Shown one piece after another: positions 22,104 to 32,908 of a stretch of 64,000 nucleotides of DNA. The stretch lies in NCBI GenBank assembly GCA_963841435.1, contig CAWJCS010000003.1, positions 1,472,001-1,536,000 of the forward strand, read 5' to 3'. Positions within the stretch are counted from its first letter, which is position 1. Every line of letters starts with the position of its first letter. Under the pieces are notes generated by a model that saw only the letters and a list, made by a program, of their open reading frames with translations, had not been told where the DNA came from and ran no database searches. The position numbers and the translations under genes are program-made. The DNA is from an uncultured delta proteobacterium (lineage in GTDB: Bacteria; Myxococcota_A; Polyangia; Polyangiales; Polyangiaceae).

Positions 22104-22886
22104 TCACGGCTGCTCGTCCCAGCCGATCTCGCGAGCCGTCAGCTTTCCGACGTGGAGCTCCGCGAGCGAGCTCGGGCGCGCCTCCTCGGTGAGCGACACG
22201 GCGCGGTTTCGCGCCATGATCTCGGCGTAGCGCTGCGGGTAGCGCGGCTCGCGCTCGGGCTCGGCCAGCCCGTCCGGCAGCAGCACTCGACCGTCCGGCC
22301 CGTAGCGGTCATTGGCCCCGAGCGTGTGAAAAAGCTCGTGAGCTGCGACGAACAGCGCCGTATCGACCGTCTCCTCGTCGAGCTCGGCGAGCGCCACGCC
22401 CACGCGTCCGCCGTGCTCGCTCATGCCCTCCACGAGCGCGCGATCGGTCGTCGGGCGCAGGACGAGATAGACGCGAGCATCGAAGCCGCGCGACGGCACG
22501 GCGAGGCGCCGGTTGACGTTGCGCGTGAAACGGTAGAGATCGAGAGCGTGGTGTGCGGCAGCGACGAGGCCGTCCGCGGGGGCCGGCGGGGGTGCGACAC
22601 CGAGCGCTGCCGGCCCGTAGATCGCGAACGAAAACGGCTTCGGGGCGCTCGGCCGGTAGCGCGCGAGCTCGTCGTGCAGACGGACGCCGAGATCGGGCAC
22701 GCGCGCGCGCAGCGCCTCGAGCGCGGGCGCGTCCACGGCGCCGTCGGTCACGATCACGAACGCGATGTCGAGGGTCCGGTGCCACTCGTTGCGCTCGTGC
22801 CGGCGCGACACGTCGTGCCACGCGTAGAGCAGCACGCAGCCCAGCACCGCGAGTAAAAAGAGGAGACGGAGCGTGCGCGCGCGCAT
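22104..22886 (-). CDS. Putative zinc metallopeptidase, membrane-anchored
   Basis: N-terminal TM segment; AHELFHTLGAND (HExxH) and a downstream EIM Met-turn-like motif. Confidence 0.7.
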   Translation of the reverse strand: MRARTLRLLFLLAVLGCVLLYAWHDVSRRHERNEWHRTLDIAFVIVTDGAVDAPALEALRARVPDLGVRLHDELARYRPSAPKPFSFAIYGPAALGVAPPPAPADGLVAAAHHALDLYRFTRNVNRRLAVPSRGFDARVYLVLRPTTDRALVEGMSEHGGRVGVALAELDEETVDTALFVAAHELFHTLGANDRYGPDGRVLLPDGLAEPEREPRYPQRYAEIMARNRAVSLTEEARPSSLAELHVGKLTAREIGWDEQP

Positions 22887-22901
22887 CCGGCCGCCGCCGC
22901 C

Positions 22902-24509
22902 TCAGTGACTCTTGCCGCAGCTACCCGCGCCGGGGGTCGTCGCCTCGAGCGCGTAGTCGCCCACGTCGATCTGCAAGGGCACGGTGAGCTCGGCCGCGAA
23001 GCGGCCGCCGCCCTCGGTGGGGACCGAACCCAGCGCGAAAGCGCGCCCGTCGCGGCCGCGCAGCGAAAGATCGACGCGCGCGAACGGGCAGGGCTCCCCC
23101 TCCGCGCGAACGCTGCCGTGCAGGCGGATGCGACCGCCGCGCCGCGCGTCGCCGGAATCGAGCGCGAGCTCGACCATCGACGCGGGTCGATCGGAAGCAT
23201 CGTGGAGAGCTCCCTCTTCGGACGACGCGCCGGCGTCCGGCGCGAACGACGCGGAGGCGCCGGGCGCCGCCGTGGATCCCGTGCCGGTGCGGCCCCCCGG
23301 CGAAGCCGGGCCCTGACCGGCGAGCGGCAGCACCGAGCGCGCGAGCGTGCTCTCGGCGCTCTCCGAGCCCGCCGGCCAGGCGAACGGATCGTCGGGGGGC
23401 ACGTGCGGCGAGGCGCGCGAGGCAGGATCGAGCTCGAAGCGCCCGACGGCACCGCCGAGATCGATGCGATGCCAGATGGCGGCGTCGAACACCTCGACCC
23501 AGGCGTGCGCCTCGTTGCGCACGAGGCGCGCCGGCAGGCCCAGCCCGAGCGCCGTGATCACGAAGGCAAACGCGCGGTGGCGGCAGACGCCCTTCTTCGA
23601 CAACGCGAGCTCCCGGTAGAGCTCGACCGGCTGCCGTGACGTCGGCAGGTCGTCGGACGACGCGAAACTGCGAAAGTGCGCGACGAGCGTCGCGAGGGCG
23701 TCGCGCGGCGACACGCGCTGGGAAAGGTGCAGCGACGAGAGCACGTCGCCCGCGGCGTTGCGCAACGCCGCGGGCAGAAGCGGCGCGCTCGGCACGAGGC
23801 TCCCCCAGCTCACGTCGGGAAACGGCGAGCCGAACGACGCGCGCGGCGCCGCGAGCTGCATGACCAGACGCAGCCGCTGCCGTGTGGAGCCGAGCAAGAA
23901 CCAGTTTTCGGCACCGTCGCGCACGATCTCGACGGGTACGGGCGGCTCGACGCGCAGCGCGAGCACGCGCGCGCCCGGACCCACGCTCGGAATGCGCACG
24001 GGCACGCCAATGGCGCTATCGACGAACAGATCGCCGAAGAATTGGTCCTCGCCGGGCAGCGCGCCGCCCCCCATCTCGACGCGCCGCAGGCGGCGGTCGG
24101 CGACCGTGAGCTCGGCGGAGTCGTCGGGGGCGTCGTAGGCGTAGAGCCGCTTGAACGGGGTCACCGACGGAACGAAGGGGTCGTCGTAGCTTGCCGCATC
24201 GGGGCGCCTCGTGTCGCGATCGATGCGGTAGCTCGCGTCGATGCTGTCGGGCGTCGAGCTGCCGCCGTAGGCGCGCTCGGGCGGAGGACGGCGCTCGGCG
24301 GGTGCGGGCACGACGCCGCTCGGCGTGTCAACGGCAGCGGGCAAGCGACCGTCGGCCGTCGTCGCGTGCAGCGCGAGATCGTCGGCGGGATCCGGCGGGA
24401 TGAACTCATGCTCGACGAGACCCTCGGCGAGCACGGGAGCCGCAAGCAGCACGACGAGCGCAAAGGGCGCCACGCGCCTCGCCGTCCTCGGCTGTCGAAC
24501 CCGGAGCAT
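22902..24509 (-). CDS. Secreted transglutaminase-like domain protein
   Basis: Triad motifs GVCRHRA, AHAWVEV, IDLGG; signal peptide. Start 24509 or 24530. Confidence 0.85.
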   Translation of the reverse strand: MLRVRQPRTARRVAPFALVVLLAAPVLAEGLVEHEFIPPDPADDLALHATTADGRLPAAVDTPSGVVPAPAERRPPPERAYGGSSTPDSIDASYRIDRDTRRPDAASYDDPFVPSVTPFKRLYAYDAPDDSAELTVADRRLRRVEMGGGALPGEDQFFGDLFVDSAIGVPVRIPSVGPGARVLALRVEPPVPVEIVRDGAENWFLLGSTRQRLRLVMQLAAPRASFGSPFPDVSWGSLVPSAPLLPAALRNAAGDVLSSLHLSQRVSPRDALATLVAHFRSFASSDDLPTSRQPVELYRELALSKKGVCRHRAFAFVITALGLGLPARLVRNEAHAWVEVFDAAIWHRIDLGGAVGRFELDPASRASPHVPPDDPFAWPAGSESAESTLARSVLPLAGQGPASPGGRTGTGSTAAPGASASFAPDAGASSEEGALHDASDRPASMVELALDSGDARRGGRIRLHGSVRAEGEPCPFARVDLSLRGRDGRAFALGSVPTEGGGRFAAELTVPLQIDVGDYALEATTPGAGSCGKSH

Positions 24510-24546
24510 CCCGCGAATCCTACGCCGCATCGTGGGCCTGCGCCGC

Positions 24547-26841
24547 TCAGAACCCGAGCGCCTGGTCGAAGTAGTAGCTGAGCTTGAGCGTGACCTCCTG
24601 AAAGCCGCTCACGGCGTTCCCGGCGATGGGAGCGTCACGGCGATACACCAGGTAGAGGTCGCTGCCCGGAAGGTACTGGTAGCGCAGACGGGCTTGCGAC
24701 CCGAAACGCTGCTTGTTCGGTTCGAGCGTGAGGCGCGCGAGCAAGTCGAGGCTCAAGGTCGGGGTCGCCGAGAGCACGAAGCCGCCGTTCATGACGCCGA
24801 ACGCGAAGCGCTCGCTCGCATCGTCGAGTCGCCCATCGAGGTAGCGATAGCTCACGTTGGCCTGAAAGTAGCGGCTCGGCTGCAGTGCGAGCCCCTCCGT
24901 CAGGTCGTGGCGGTAACCGCCGAATACGCGCAGGTACGAGTAGTTGAGGCTTGCGTCGAGCGAGCGCCGGATGGGCGTGGTCAGGCTCAACGCGAGCACG
25001 GGGCCGCGGTAGACGCCCGCCGCCACCTCGTAGCCGAAGAGCCGGAAATCGTCGTCAACGTGGTCGATGGCGTAGCTGGCCGAGGCTTCTGCAATCTGCC
25101 CCGTTTCCATTCTGACGGTCATGAGAGCGGTGACGTTGTCCTTGAGGGCGCGCGAGTAGTCCTGGCTGAACGTCCCGCTGGCGACGCCACCGAGCTGGAC
25201 CTGTTCGATGCCCCAGCTGTTCAGGCGCGGCACGACGCGAAGCGTGGCGTAGTGCTCGGCGGCGGAAAGGCGACTGTAGTAGCCGAGCGCCGGATCGAAG
25301 TCGTGGCTGCTCAAGGACCAGTCTGCGTACGTTCTGACGACGCGTCCAGCGTACTGGAGCCTCGCATAGGCGCTCTCGCCACGTGCGGTGCGCTCGGGCT
25401 CTCCGCCCGCGAGCTCACCGGTCGTCGGGTCGAGCGCCCCGGCCACGGCCGGCTCTTCGGTCATCACACCCGTGGCAAAGCCGTAGAGGCTGAATTTGCC
25501 GTCCTCGGAGCGCAGCTCACCGTCCACGCCGAGCGCCAGGTGGTCGCCGGGCGCCACGCGCTGCCGGGTGGCGCCGATCACGCCGACGAACCCGCGCCGC
25601 CCGAGCGTGTGGCGTAGCCGCGCCACCGCCACGGTGTCCGCCGGGCTGCCGGGGTCGGTCGGGACACGCTCATCGGCCAGGCGCGGGAGCGTTTGCACCG
25701 CGAGCAGCGAATACGAGAGGCTGCCCGTGTGCCCGTAGGCCTTCCCCGCGGCCAGGATCGGCACCACCTTGTCGCCGTCGAGACCGATGCGTCGCGTGTC
25801 AACCAGCTGGCGGTACTTGGGCTGCCCGAAGCGAAGCTCGTTCAAGCCGTTGATGAAAAACGGGCGTTGCTCGGGAAAGAAGAGTGGGAAGCGATCGCTC
25901 TGCACCTCGACCTGATCGATGGCGACGTGCGAAAAGTCGGTGAGTAGGCTGAGCTCGGCATACGAGCCCGGCCCGGTTTGCACGCGCGCGTCGACGCCGG
26001 CGCTCAGGTTCGGCCGGTCGCGGGGATCAACCGCAAAATCGCGGGTGAAGTCGGTCCGCGCCACGACGTACGGCACGATCTCGAGCGCGCGCTGAGTGCG
26101 GATGCCGGAGAGGCCGCCCAGGGTACCGTACGTCGAGGGTGCGTCTGCCTTCTGGGGAGGGTCGGCGAGCTGAAGGTCGCTTTCGGTGCTTGGCGTCACC
26201 GTCGTCCGGCTCACGCTGAAGCCCATCCGCCGAACGGTGCTCGCTTGAACGCCGAGGATCGAAAACGGGATTCGGTATTCGACGACGTATTCGCCAGCTG
26301 CTCGACCGACCCTCGCCTCCCACACGCCGTCCCACTGCGGCACGACGCTGCGCCCGTCGTCGTCGACGATGGCGTCGTATTTTGCCTCGCTCGCGTTGAC
26401 GGCGAACAGGAACGCGGCGCCCTGTGCGCGATTCGGCTCGATGCGCAGCACGACGCCGTCGTCGTCACGGATGGCCTCGTCGTCGCGACGCAGCGTGCGG
26501 GCCACGGGCTGGACGCGCGTGCCGGCGCGCACGAGCACGAAGAGCGCCTCGTCGTCGTACGCCACCTGGATCACGGTCGGTTCGCGGGCTGGGCGGCCGT
26601 AGACGGGCACGCGCTCGACGAAGCCCCCGGCGCGGGGAGCCCGCCGCCAGACGAGGTCGTCGGCCTTGCCGTCGACGACGACGGGCTCGCGCACGCGTTC
26701 GGCGCGGACGAAAGCGGAAGCCGCCGGCACCGCCGGTGCGCCCGGCGGCACGGGTGCCTCGGCCCAGGCCTCGCCGCCCGTTGCCATCACGCCCGCCACG
26801 AGCCGCGCGCCGCGAAAACGCCGCGCCCGGCGGCGACCCAT
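24547..26841 (-). CDS. CBM9-like + DUF5916 outer-membrane protein
   Basis: VVVDGKADDLVW, AYDDEALFV and VEYRIPFS (CBM9-like); RFPLFFPEQRPFF and RRIGL (DUF5916-type); beta-rich C-terminus ending in Phe. Confidence 0.8.
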   Translation of the reverse strand: MGRRRARRFRGARLVAGVMATGGEAWAEAPVPPGAPAVPAASAFVRAERVREPVVVDGKADDLVWRRAPRAGGFVERVPVYGRPAREPTVIQVAYDDEALFVLVRAGTRVQPVARTLRRDDEAIRDDDGVVLRIEPNRAQGAAFLFAVNASEAKYDAIVDDDGRSVVPQWDGVWEARVGRAAGEYVVEYRIPFSILGVQASTVRRMGFSVSRTTVTPSTESDLQLADPPQKADAPSTYGTLGGLSGIRTQRALEIVPYVVARTDFTRDFAVDPRDRPNLSAGVDARVQTGPGSYAELSLLTDFSHVAIDQVEVQSDRFPLFFPEQRPFFINGLNELRFGQPKYRQLVDTRRIGLDGDKVVPILAAGKAYGHTGSLSYSLLAVQTLPRLADERVPTDPGSPADTVAVARLRHTLGRRGFVGVIGATRQRVAPGDHLALGVDGELRSEDGKFSLYGFATGVMTEEPAVAGALDPTTGELAGGEPERTARGESAYARLQYAGRVVRTYADWSLSSHDFDPALGYYSRLSAAEHYATLRVVPRLNSWGIEQVQLGGVASGTFSQDYSRALKDNVTALMTVRMETGQIAEASASYAIDHVDDDFRLFGYEVAAGVYRGPVLALSLTTPIRRSLDASLNYSYLRVFGGYRHDLTEGLALQPSRYFQANVSYRYLDGRLDDASERFAFGVMNGGFVLSATPTLSLDLLARLTLEPNKQRFGSQARLRYQYLPGSDLYLVYRRDAPIAGNAVSGFQEVTLKLSYYFDQALGF

Positions 26842-26948
26842 CTCGAGAACCTGCACCGAGCTCGTCACCGTAGGTCGCACGGCGCGCCGAGGAAAGGGGT
26901 TCCATTGAGGTGCCGGTCCCCGGGGCCCGCATCGGCTAGCCTTCGTGC

Positions 26949-27716
26949 ATGTGCGGTCGCTACACCAACGAGGCGGCGCTCAGCGACGTGAGGCTCACGT
27001 TCGAGGTGGAGCAGGTCGAGCTCTTCCGCGACTGGAAGCCCACCTACAACATCACGCCGTCGTACGGCCCCGGTTTCGAGCAGCTCATCGTCGTCCGCAC
27101 GCGCGACGGGGTGCGCACGCTGAGGCTCGGGCGTTTCTGGATGATTCCGCCTCATTTCAACAAGCCGCTCGCGGAGCTGCCCACCTCCTTCAACGCTCGC
27201 GCCGAGGAGCTCGCCAAGAAGCCGATGTGGCGAGGGGCCTTCCGTTCGTCGCGCTGCCTCGTGCCCGCCACCGGCTGGCGCGAGTTCACGGGGCCCGCCG
27301 GGGCCAAGCAGCCGTACCATTTCCACTTCGGCCACTCGCTTTTCGCGTTCGCGGGGCTCTTTTCCCAGTGGCAGTCGCCCGACGGCGAGCTCGTCAACTC
27401 GTTTGCCATCGTCACCACCGAGCCCAACGCCGTCGCCGCGCCCATCCACGACCGCATGCCGCTCGTGATGCCGAAGCACCGCTACGCGGATTGGCTCGAC
27501 CCGGGCGTCGACCCCGCCTCGGTGCTCGCCGAAGCCGAACTAAAAAGCCGTACGCTCGTCGTCGAGGTGTACCCGTCCGATCCCATCGCCAACGGCGGGC
27601 GCTACGAGGGGCCGCTTGCCATCGCACGGCTCGCGAAACCGGAGCCGCGACCCACGCCCGTGCAAACGTCGCTGTTCGGCGACGAGACCGCCCCAAAAAA
27701 GGCGCGGCGTCGCTGA
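26949..27716 (+). CDS. SOS response-associated peptidase (SRAP/YedK/HMCES family)
   Basis: MCGRY N-terminus (Cys2), YNITP, FNARAE, RCLVPA.GW.E, IHDRMP. Confidence 0.95.
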   Translation: MCGRYTNEAALSDVRLTFEVEQVELFRDWKPTYNITPSYGPGFEQLIVVRTRDGVRTLRLGRFWMIPPHFNKPLAELPTSFNARAEELAKKPMWRGAFRSSRCLVPATGWREFTGPAGAKQPYHFHFGHSLFAFAGLFSQWQSPDGELVNSFAIVTTEPNAVAAPIHDRMPLVMPKHRYADWLDPGVDPASVLAEAELKSRTLVVEVYPSDPIANGGRYEGPLAIARLAKPEPRPTPVQTSLFGDETAPKKARRR

Positions 27717-27792
27717 GGGCAGAGGCCCGACGCGAAGCGCCTCGCCCGAAAAGCAGCCATACCGCCGGCCGCGCGGTGTATGACACGCGCTG

Positions 27793-29787
27793 GTGCCGAG
27801 CGTCGCTCCCTCACCCTCGCTGATCTTCGACGACGCCGACCCGGGTCTCACGGCGCGCGCGCACGGTGGCGGCACGCTCCTGTCCGTGGAGCGGAGCGTG
27901 CCCGCCGCTCGCTTCACCTGCCGGCTCGGCAAGCCCCGCGGCGTCACGCGCGCCGTCGCGCTCTTTCGCTACGAGCCGTTCTGGATGATGCCCCGCCCCA
28001 TCGCCGACGTGGGCGCTGTCCCGCCCGACACCCAGCTTCTGCTGCTCGAGCTCGGCTCGGGTGCGGTTGCGCTCGTCGTGCCGCTGCTCGCGCCGCCGTA
28101 CCGTGTGGGGCTCGCGGGCGCGGACGGAGCGCTCGTCGCCGTCGCCGACAGCGGCGATCCGGAGACGAGCGGCAAGCGGGCCGACCTCGTGTACGTCGCC
28201 GTCGGCTCCGATCTCCACGCGCTCGTCGCGAACGGCGCCGACGACGTGGCCCGACTGCTCGGCGTGCGCCTGCGCCGCGCCGAGCACCCTCCTGACTTCG
28301 TCGATCGATTCGGCTGGTGCACGTGGGATGCCTTCTACCGAGATGTCTCGCACGAGCGGGTGCGCGAGGGCCTCGAGAGCTTCCGGAAGGGCGGCGTCGA
28401 GCCGCGGTTCTTGATCCTGGATGACGGCTGGCAGCCCGTTCGAAAGGCCCCGACGGGCGAAGAACGCTTGGGCGGCGTCGGCGCGAACGAGAAATTCCCA
28501 GGTGGCCTCGGCCCCACCGTGCGGCTCGCCAAGGAGTCGTTCTCGGTCACGACCTTCCTGGTCTGGCACGCCGTGCACGGCTACTGGGGCGGGCTCGACG
28601 AGCAAGCCTTCCCCGACCTCGGCGTCTCCTCGACGCTGCGCTGGCAGTCACCGGAAATCCTGGCCCACTTTCCGCAAGGCAACTGGGAGTTCTGGGGCGC
28701 GATGGTCGGCCGCCCCGCGCCGAGTGCCGTGCCGGGCTTTTACGACCGCTACCATGCCGCGCTCGCCGCCGAGGGCGTCGACGGCGTGAAGGTCGACAAT
28801 CAAGCGTCGATCGAAGGGCTCGCCCACGGCGCCGGGGGCCGCGTCGAGGCCGCACGCGAGGTGCGCGCCGGCCTCGAAGCGAGCGTCGCGCGGCACTTCC
28901 GAGGCCGGCTCATCAACTGCATGTCGTGCTCGACGGACCTCCTCTACCAGACGAAGCACTTCGGGCTCACGCGCACTTCCACTGATTTTTGGCCCAATCG
29001 GCCGGAATCGCACGGCCTACACGCCTACACCAATGCGCTCGTGAGCCTGTGGTTCGGCGAGTTCGCCGACGTGGACTTCGACATGTTCCAATCGGGGCAC
29101 CCCGCGGGCGCCTTTCATGCTGCGCTGCGCGCCGTGAGCGGCGGCCCCGTGTACGTCTCCGACAAGCCCGGCAGCCACGACTTCGAGCTCCTGAAAAGGC
29201 TCGTGCTCTCGGACGGCAGCGTGCTCCGTGCGCGCCACCCCGGCCGACCCACGCGCGATTGCCTGTTCGAGAACGTCCTCGACGCCCCCGTCCTCTTCAA
29301 GATCTGGAACGAGAACAGGAGCGGCAGTGGGGTCGTCGGCCTCTTCAACGTACGCCACGTCGACGGCGGCGGGCTCGTCGGCGGCCACGTGTGCCCTAGC
29401 GACGTGCCGACGCTGTCTGGCGACGATTTCGCCGTTTACCTGTACGGCGCGCGCACGGTCGCACGCGTCCGCCGCCAACAGCGCGTCGCCGTGTCGCTCG
29501 GCCCCCTGCGGGCCGAAGTCGCGACGATCGTGCCCGTGACCGAAGGTTTTGCCGCGCTCGGCCTCGCCGACAAGCTGAACAGCGGCGGCGCCGTGACCGC
29601 CGTACGCCACCAGCCGCAAGGGGTCGAGATCGACCTCTGCGACGGCGGTTCGTTCGTCGCGTACGCCGCTCGTCGGCCGCGAGCCGTGCGAGTCGACGAA
29701 AGGAACGTGCCCTTCGAGCACGAGGGCACGCTCCTTACCGTCGCCGTTCCCGTCGGGCAGCCGCGAAGCATCGCGGTCGAGCCCTGA
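27793..29787 (+). CDS. Sip1/raffinose-synthase-type GH36 alpha-galactosidase
   Basis: FGWCTWDAFY, ILDDGWQ, VWHAVHGYWGG, GVDGVKVDNQ, INCMS, DFDMFQS, SGGPVYVSDKPG. Confidence 0.92.
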   Translation: MPSVAPSPSLIFDDADPGLTARAHGGGTLLSVERSVPAARFTCRLGKPRGVTRAVALFRYEPFWMMPRPIADVGAVPPDTQLLLLELGSGAVALVVPLLAPPYRVGLAGADGALVAVADSGDPETSGKRADLVYVAVGSDLHALVANGADDVARLLGVRLRRAEHPPDFVDRFGWCTWDAFYRDVSHERVREGLESFRKGGVEPRFLILDDGWQPVRKAPTGEERLGGVGANEKFPGGLGPTVRLAKESFSVTTFLVWHAVHGYWGGLDEQAFPDLGVSSTLRWQSPEILAHFPQGNWEFWGAMVGRPAPSAVPGFYDRYHAALAAEGVDGVKVDNQASIEGLAHGAGGRVEAAREVRAGLEASVARHFRGRLINCMSCSTDLLYQTKHFGLTRTSTDFWPNRPESHGLHAYTNALVSLWFGEFADVDFDMFQSGHPAGAFHAALRAVSGGPVYVSDKPGSHDFELLKRLVLSDGSVLRARHPGRPTRDCLFENVLDAPVLFKIWNENRSGSGVVGLFNVRHVDGGGLVGGHVCPSDVPTLSGDDFAVYLYGARTVARVRRQQRVAVSLGPLRAEVATIVPVTEGFAALGLADKLNSGGAVTAVRHQPQGVEIDLCDGGSFVAYAARRPRAVRVDERNVPFEHEGTLLTVAVPVGQPRSIAVEP

Positions 29788-29797
29788 CCGAGCGCGC

Positions 29798-30346
29798 TCA
29801 GGCCGCCTGCGTCGCGGAAGCCTTCACGGCCTGCACCTCGAGCTCGAGCTCGACCTTCTCACCGACGAGCACGCCGCCTGCCTCGAGCGCCTGGTTCCAC
29901 TTGAGCCCGTAGTCACGCCGGTCGAGGCTCCCCTTCGCCGTGAACAGAGCGCGCTGGTTGCCCCAGGGGTCCTTGGCAAGACCGCCGAACTCCGCATCGA
30001 GCGTGATGTCGCGCGTCACGTCGCGGATCGTGAGCTTGCCGTGCACCTTGAGGCTGCCGCCGCCCAGGTCCTCGACGCGCGTGCTCTTGAAGGAGAGCTC
30101 GGGGAACTTTTCGGCGTCGAAGAAGTCCGCGGAGCGGAGATGCTTGTCACGATCGCCGGTGCCCGTGTCGATGCTGCTCGCGTCGATGGTCACTTCGACC
30201 GACGAGCGCTCGAGCTGCTCCGGATCGAGGTGCACGGTGCCCTGGAAGGTGTCGAACCGACCGCGCACCTTGGCGAAGACCATGTGTCGTACGGCGAAGC
30301 CGACGCCGGAATGATGGGGATCGAGCTTGAAATCTTGAGTCGTCAT
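29798..30346 (-). CDS. YceI family protein
   Basis: LDPHHS.V.F.VRH, SIDTG...RDKHLRSADFFD, RRDYGLKWN. Confidence 0.95.
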   Translation of the reverse strand: MTTQDFKLDPHHSGVGFAVRHMVFAKVRGRFDTFQGTVHLDPEQLERSSVEVTIDASSIDTGTGDRDKHLRSADFFDAEKFPELSFKSTRVEDLGGGSLKVHGKLTIRDVTRDITLDAEFGGLAKDPWGNQRALFTAKGSLDRRDYGLKWNQALEAGGVLVGEKVELELEVQAVKASATQAA

Positions 30347-30409
30347 GGGTTCCTCCTGCGTTCGCCATCCAACATGTAACCGTTCGGCCCATTGGACTAG
30401 GCCACTAAA

Positions 30410-31370
30410 TTGGAATATACTGTTGCTCCATTGGAACAATCTCGAAGGCGGACCCAGGGGGATCTGAACGAGGTGCTCGCCTTTGCCGCGGTCGTGCGGA
30501 CGGGCAGCTTCACGCGCGCGGGCAGCGAGCTTTCACTGCCGAAGTCGAGTGTCAGTCGCAAGGTCGCGGACCTCGAAGCGAGGCTCGGCTCGCGGTTGCT
30601 CCAGCGCACCACGCGCAGCCTCAGCCTGACGGACGCGGGTCGGGCCTTCTACGAGCACGCGCAACGCATCGTCGCCGAGCTCGAGGCGGCAACCGACACG
30701 GTGCTCGAGCTCGAGCAGGCGCCGCGCGGGCTCTTGCGAGTGACGACGCCCCTCAACTTCGGCACCTTCGCGCTCCTCGCTTCGTCCTTCGTCAGGCGCT
30801 ACCCCGAGGTCGCGCTCGATTCTGGTGTGCTCGGACCGCATGGTCGACCTCGTCGAGGAAAAGTTCGACGTGGCGATCCGCGCGAGCAAGCTCGCCGACT
30901 CGAGCCTCGTCGCTCGCCCGCTCGGGATCCTCAGAAGCTTCCTCGTCGCGGCGCCCTCGTACCTCCGGGCCCACGGCACGCCGCGAAAACCGGGCGACCT
31001 TTCGTCTCACGAGTGCCTGGTGTTCGGGGCCGGCACCGATCGCGGCCATTTTCGGCTGACCCGCAAGAACAAAGAGGTCGTCGTCAAGGCGCAAGGTCGC
31101 CTCGTGGTCAACGACTTCGACATCCTGCGCGGTGCCGCGCTCGACGGGCTCGGCATCACCCTCATGCCGGCGCCGCGCATCGGCGACGACCTCGAGGTCG
31201 GGCGGCTCGTGCGCGTGCTACCCGATTGGTGCTCGCCCGCGCGTCCCATCCAGGCCGTCTATCCGAGCACGCGTCACCTTTCGCCGAAGGTGCGTGTCTT
31301 CGTCGATCACCTGGCAAGCAGCACGGACAAGCTTCCCTGGGAGCCGCTGCCCCGTGCACAGAACGCGTGA
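30410..31370 (+). CDS. LysR family regulator (CrgA-like); frameshift at 30820-30821
   Basis: HTH GSFTRAG.EL....SSVSR...LEARLG.RLLQRTTR. The substrate-binding domain is in the next frame (DRMVDLVEEKFDVAIR...SPKVRVFVDHL). Start uncertain (30410 or 30431). Confidence 0.9.
30423..30439. promoter_or_regulatory. Possible LysR binding dyad between divergent yceI-like and lysR genes
   Basis: TTGCTCCA-T-TGGAACAA imperfect palindrome containing T-N11-A, in the AT-richer divergent region. Confidence 0.4.
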
Positions 31371-31445
31371 AGCGCCGTCCGGACAGGGTCGCGCGCGCGG
31401 TGGACCCAGGCCGCACGTCGCGACCGCTGCCGCGGGCCGCGGATG

Positions 31446-32709
31446 CTACTGGAAGATGCTGGCCCGGGTCGCGTCGAGTGGGCAGGTGTCGGCGCCCCAC
31501 GCCGTGAGCGGGCCGGTCCACTTCGAGTTCATGTTGAGCTCTGGGTACTCGGTGTCGCCGTACCAGAGCCACGGCGTGTAGCCCTGCTTGTTCGCGTTCG
31601 CGCGGCTGATGACGGTCTGCCACTCGACGGCGCCGCTCGAGTGCGTATTGCCGAACTCGCCGACGAGAAGGGGAATGCCCCCGCTCTGGGCGCTGTCCAT
31701 GCAGCCCTGCACCATCGCCGCCGTGCCGCCGTGGCCACCGTTGTACGTGAGGTACGTGTAGATGTGCACGTCGAAGAGGATGTTGTGGAGGGGATCCGCG
31801 GTGACGATGGGGCCGCCGCCGAGCAGCGAGTCGCAGCCCTGGCCCCAGTCGTTGCCGGTGATGACGAGCGTGTGCTCGAGGCCCGCATTGCGCAAATACG
31901 CGACGGCGGCGTCGTACTCGGAATTGAAGCTCGCGGCGGCGATGTTGTACTCGTTCGCGATCCCGAGCAGCATGTAAGGCTCGTAGGCCTCGAGCACGGC
32001 CTTGTAGTCGGGGTCGTTGACCATGAGCTTTGCCATGCGCAGCGCCTCGCCGGCCTTCGTCTGCCCCGTGGGGTCGTTGATGGCGAGGATCGGGATCATC
32101 TTCAGCTCGACGACGCGGTAGAGGATCTCGGCGAGCAGCGCCGGATTCGTGCCGATGACGTTCTTTTGTGGCTGGTCGTCGCCGGGGCCGCCCGGGTCGA
32201 TCGTCTGGAAAGCCCAGCCGACGCGCACGGCGTTGGCACCCTGGGCCGCGATGCCGTCGAGGCCGACGTACGCCGAGTATTGACCGCAGATGTCGTACCA
32301 GGCGTGCGAGTTGTTGACGCCGCGGACGACGAACGGGTTGCCGTAGGGATCACGAAGCTCCGCGCCCGACGTTCTGGAAGTGCGGCTGAACGACCTTCGC
32401 GGGGTCGAGCGCTGGTGGCTTCAGGAAGTCGGGCTTCACCTCACCCCAGGTGCACGTGCGGGGCGGCACGTCGTAGCCCTGGTTCTCCTTCGACTTTGGC
32501 ACGACGGTCGCCGTGGTGGTGCCGGGGATGACGCAGGAGTTGTTGTCCTCCCAGCCCCAGTCCGGAAACGCGGGGTCGGACGCCATGGTGACGAAGCGGC
32601 AGAGCGGCACGCAGTCGGCCCACTTGCAGCTGTCCTCGACGGGGTCGCCGTTCAAGTAAATGCCGGGCCGCGGCTCGGGCGTCGGCAGCGGCATGAGCGT
32701 CGTGCAGGG
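31446..32709 (-). pseudogene. CBM10-like + GH5 (beta-mannanase-like) gene, 5'-truncated, frameshift at about 32373
   Basis: DWGWEDNNSCV (CBM10-like); after the shift ELRDPYGNPFVVRGVNNSHAWY, GANAVR, IANE (acid/base), LVGEFG (nucleophile). No signal peptide is left upstream. Confidence 0.8.
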
Positions 32710-32892
32710 CAGGATTGCGAGGCGCTCGGGCTCGGCTACCTCGCGTGGTCGTGGATGGGCAACAACGCCGACACCGCCCAGCTCGATTTGGCCGAAGACT
32801 GGGAGGGCCCGCTCACGACGTGGGGCCACGACGCGTTCGAGGGCGACAACGGCATCACGACGACGGCGAAACCCGCCAGCATCTTCGAGTAG
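32710..32892 (+). pseudogene. C-terminal fragment of a second GH5 mannanase-like gene
   Basis: QDCEALGLGYLAWSWMGN...LTTWG...GITTTAKPASIFE*, a typical GH5 mannanase C-terminus with no upstream catalytic core. Confidence 0.8.
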
Positions 32893-32908
32893 GCTCGGCC
32901 CAAAGGTC

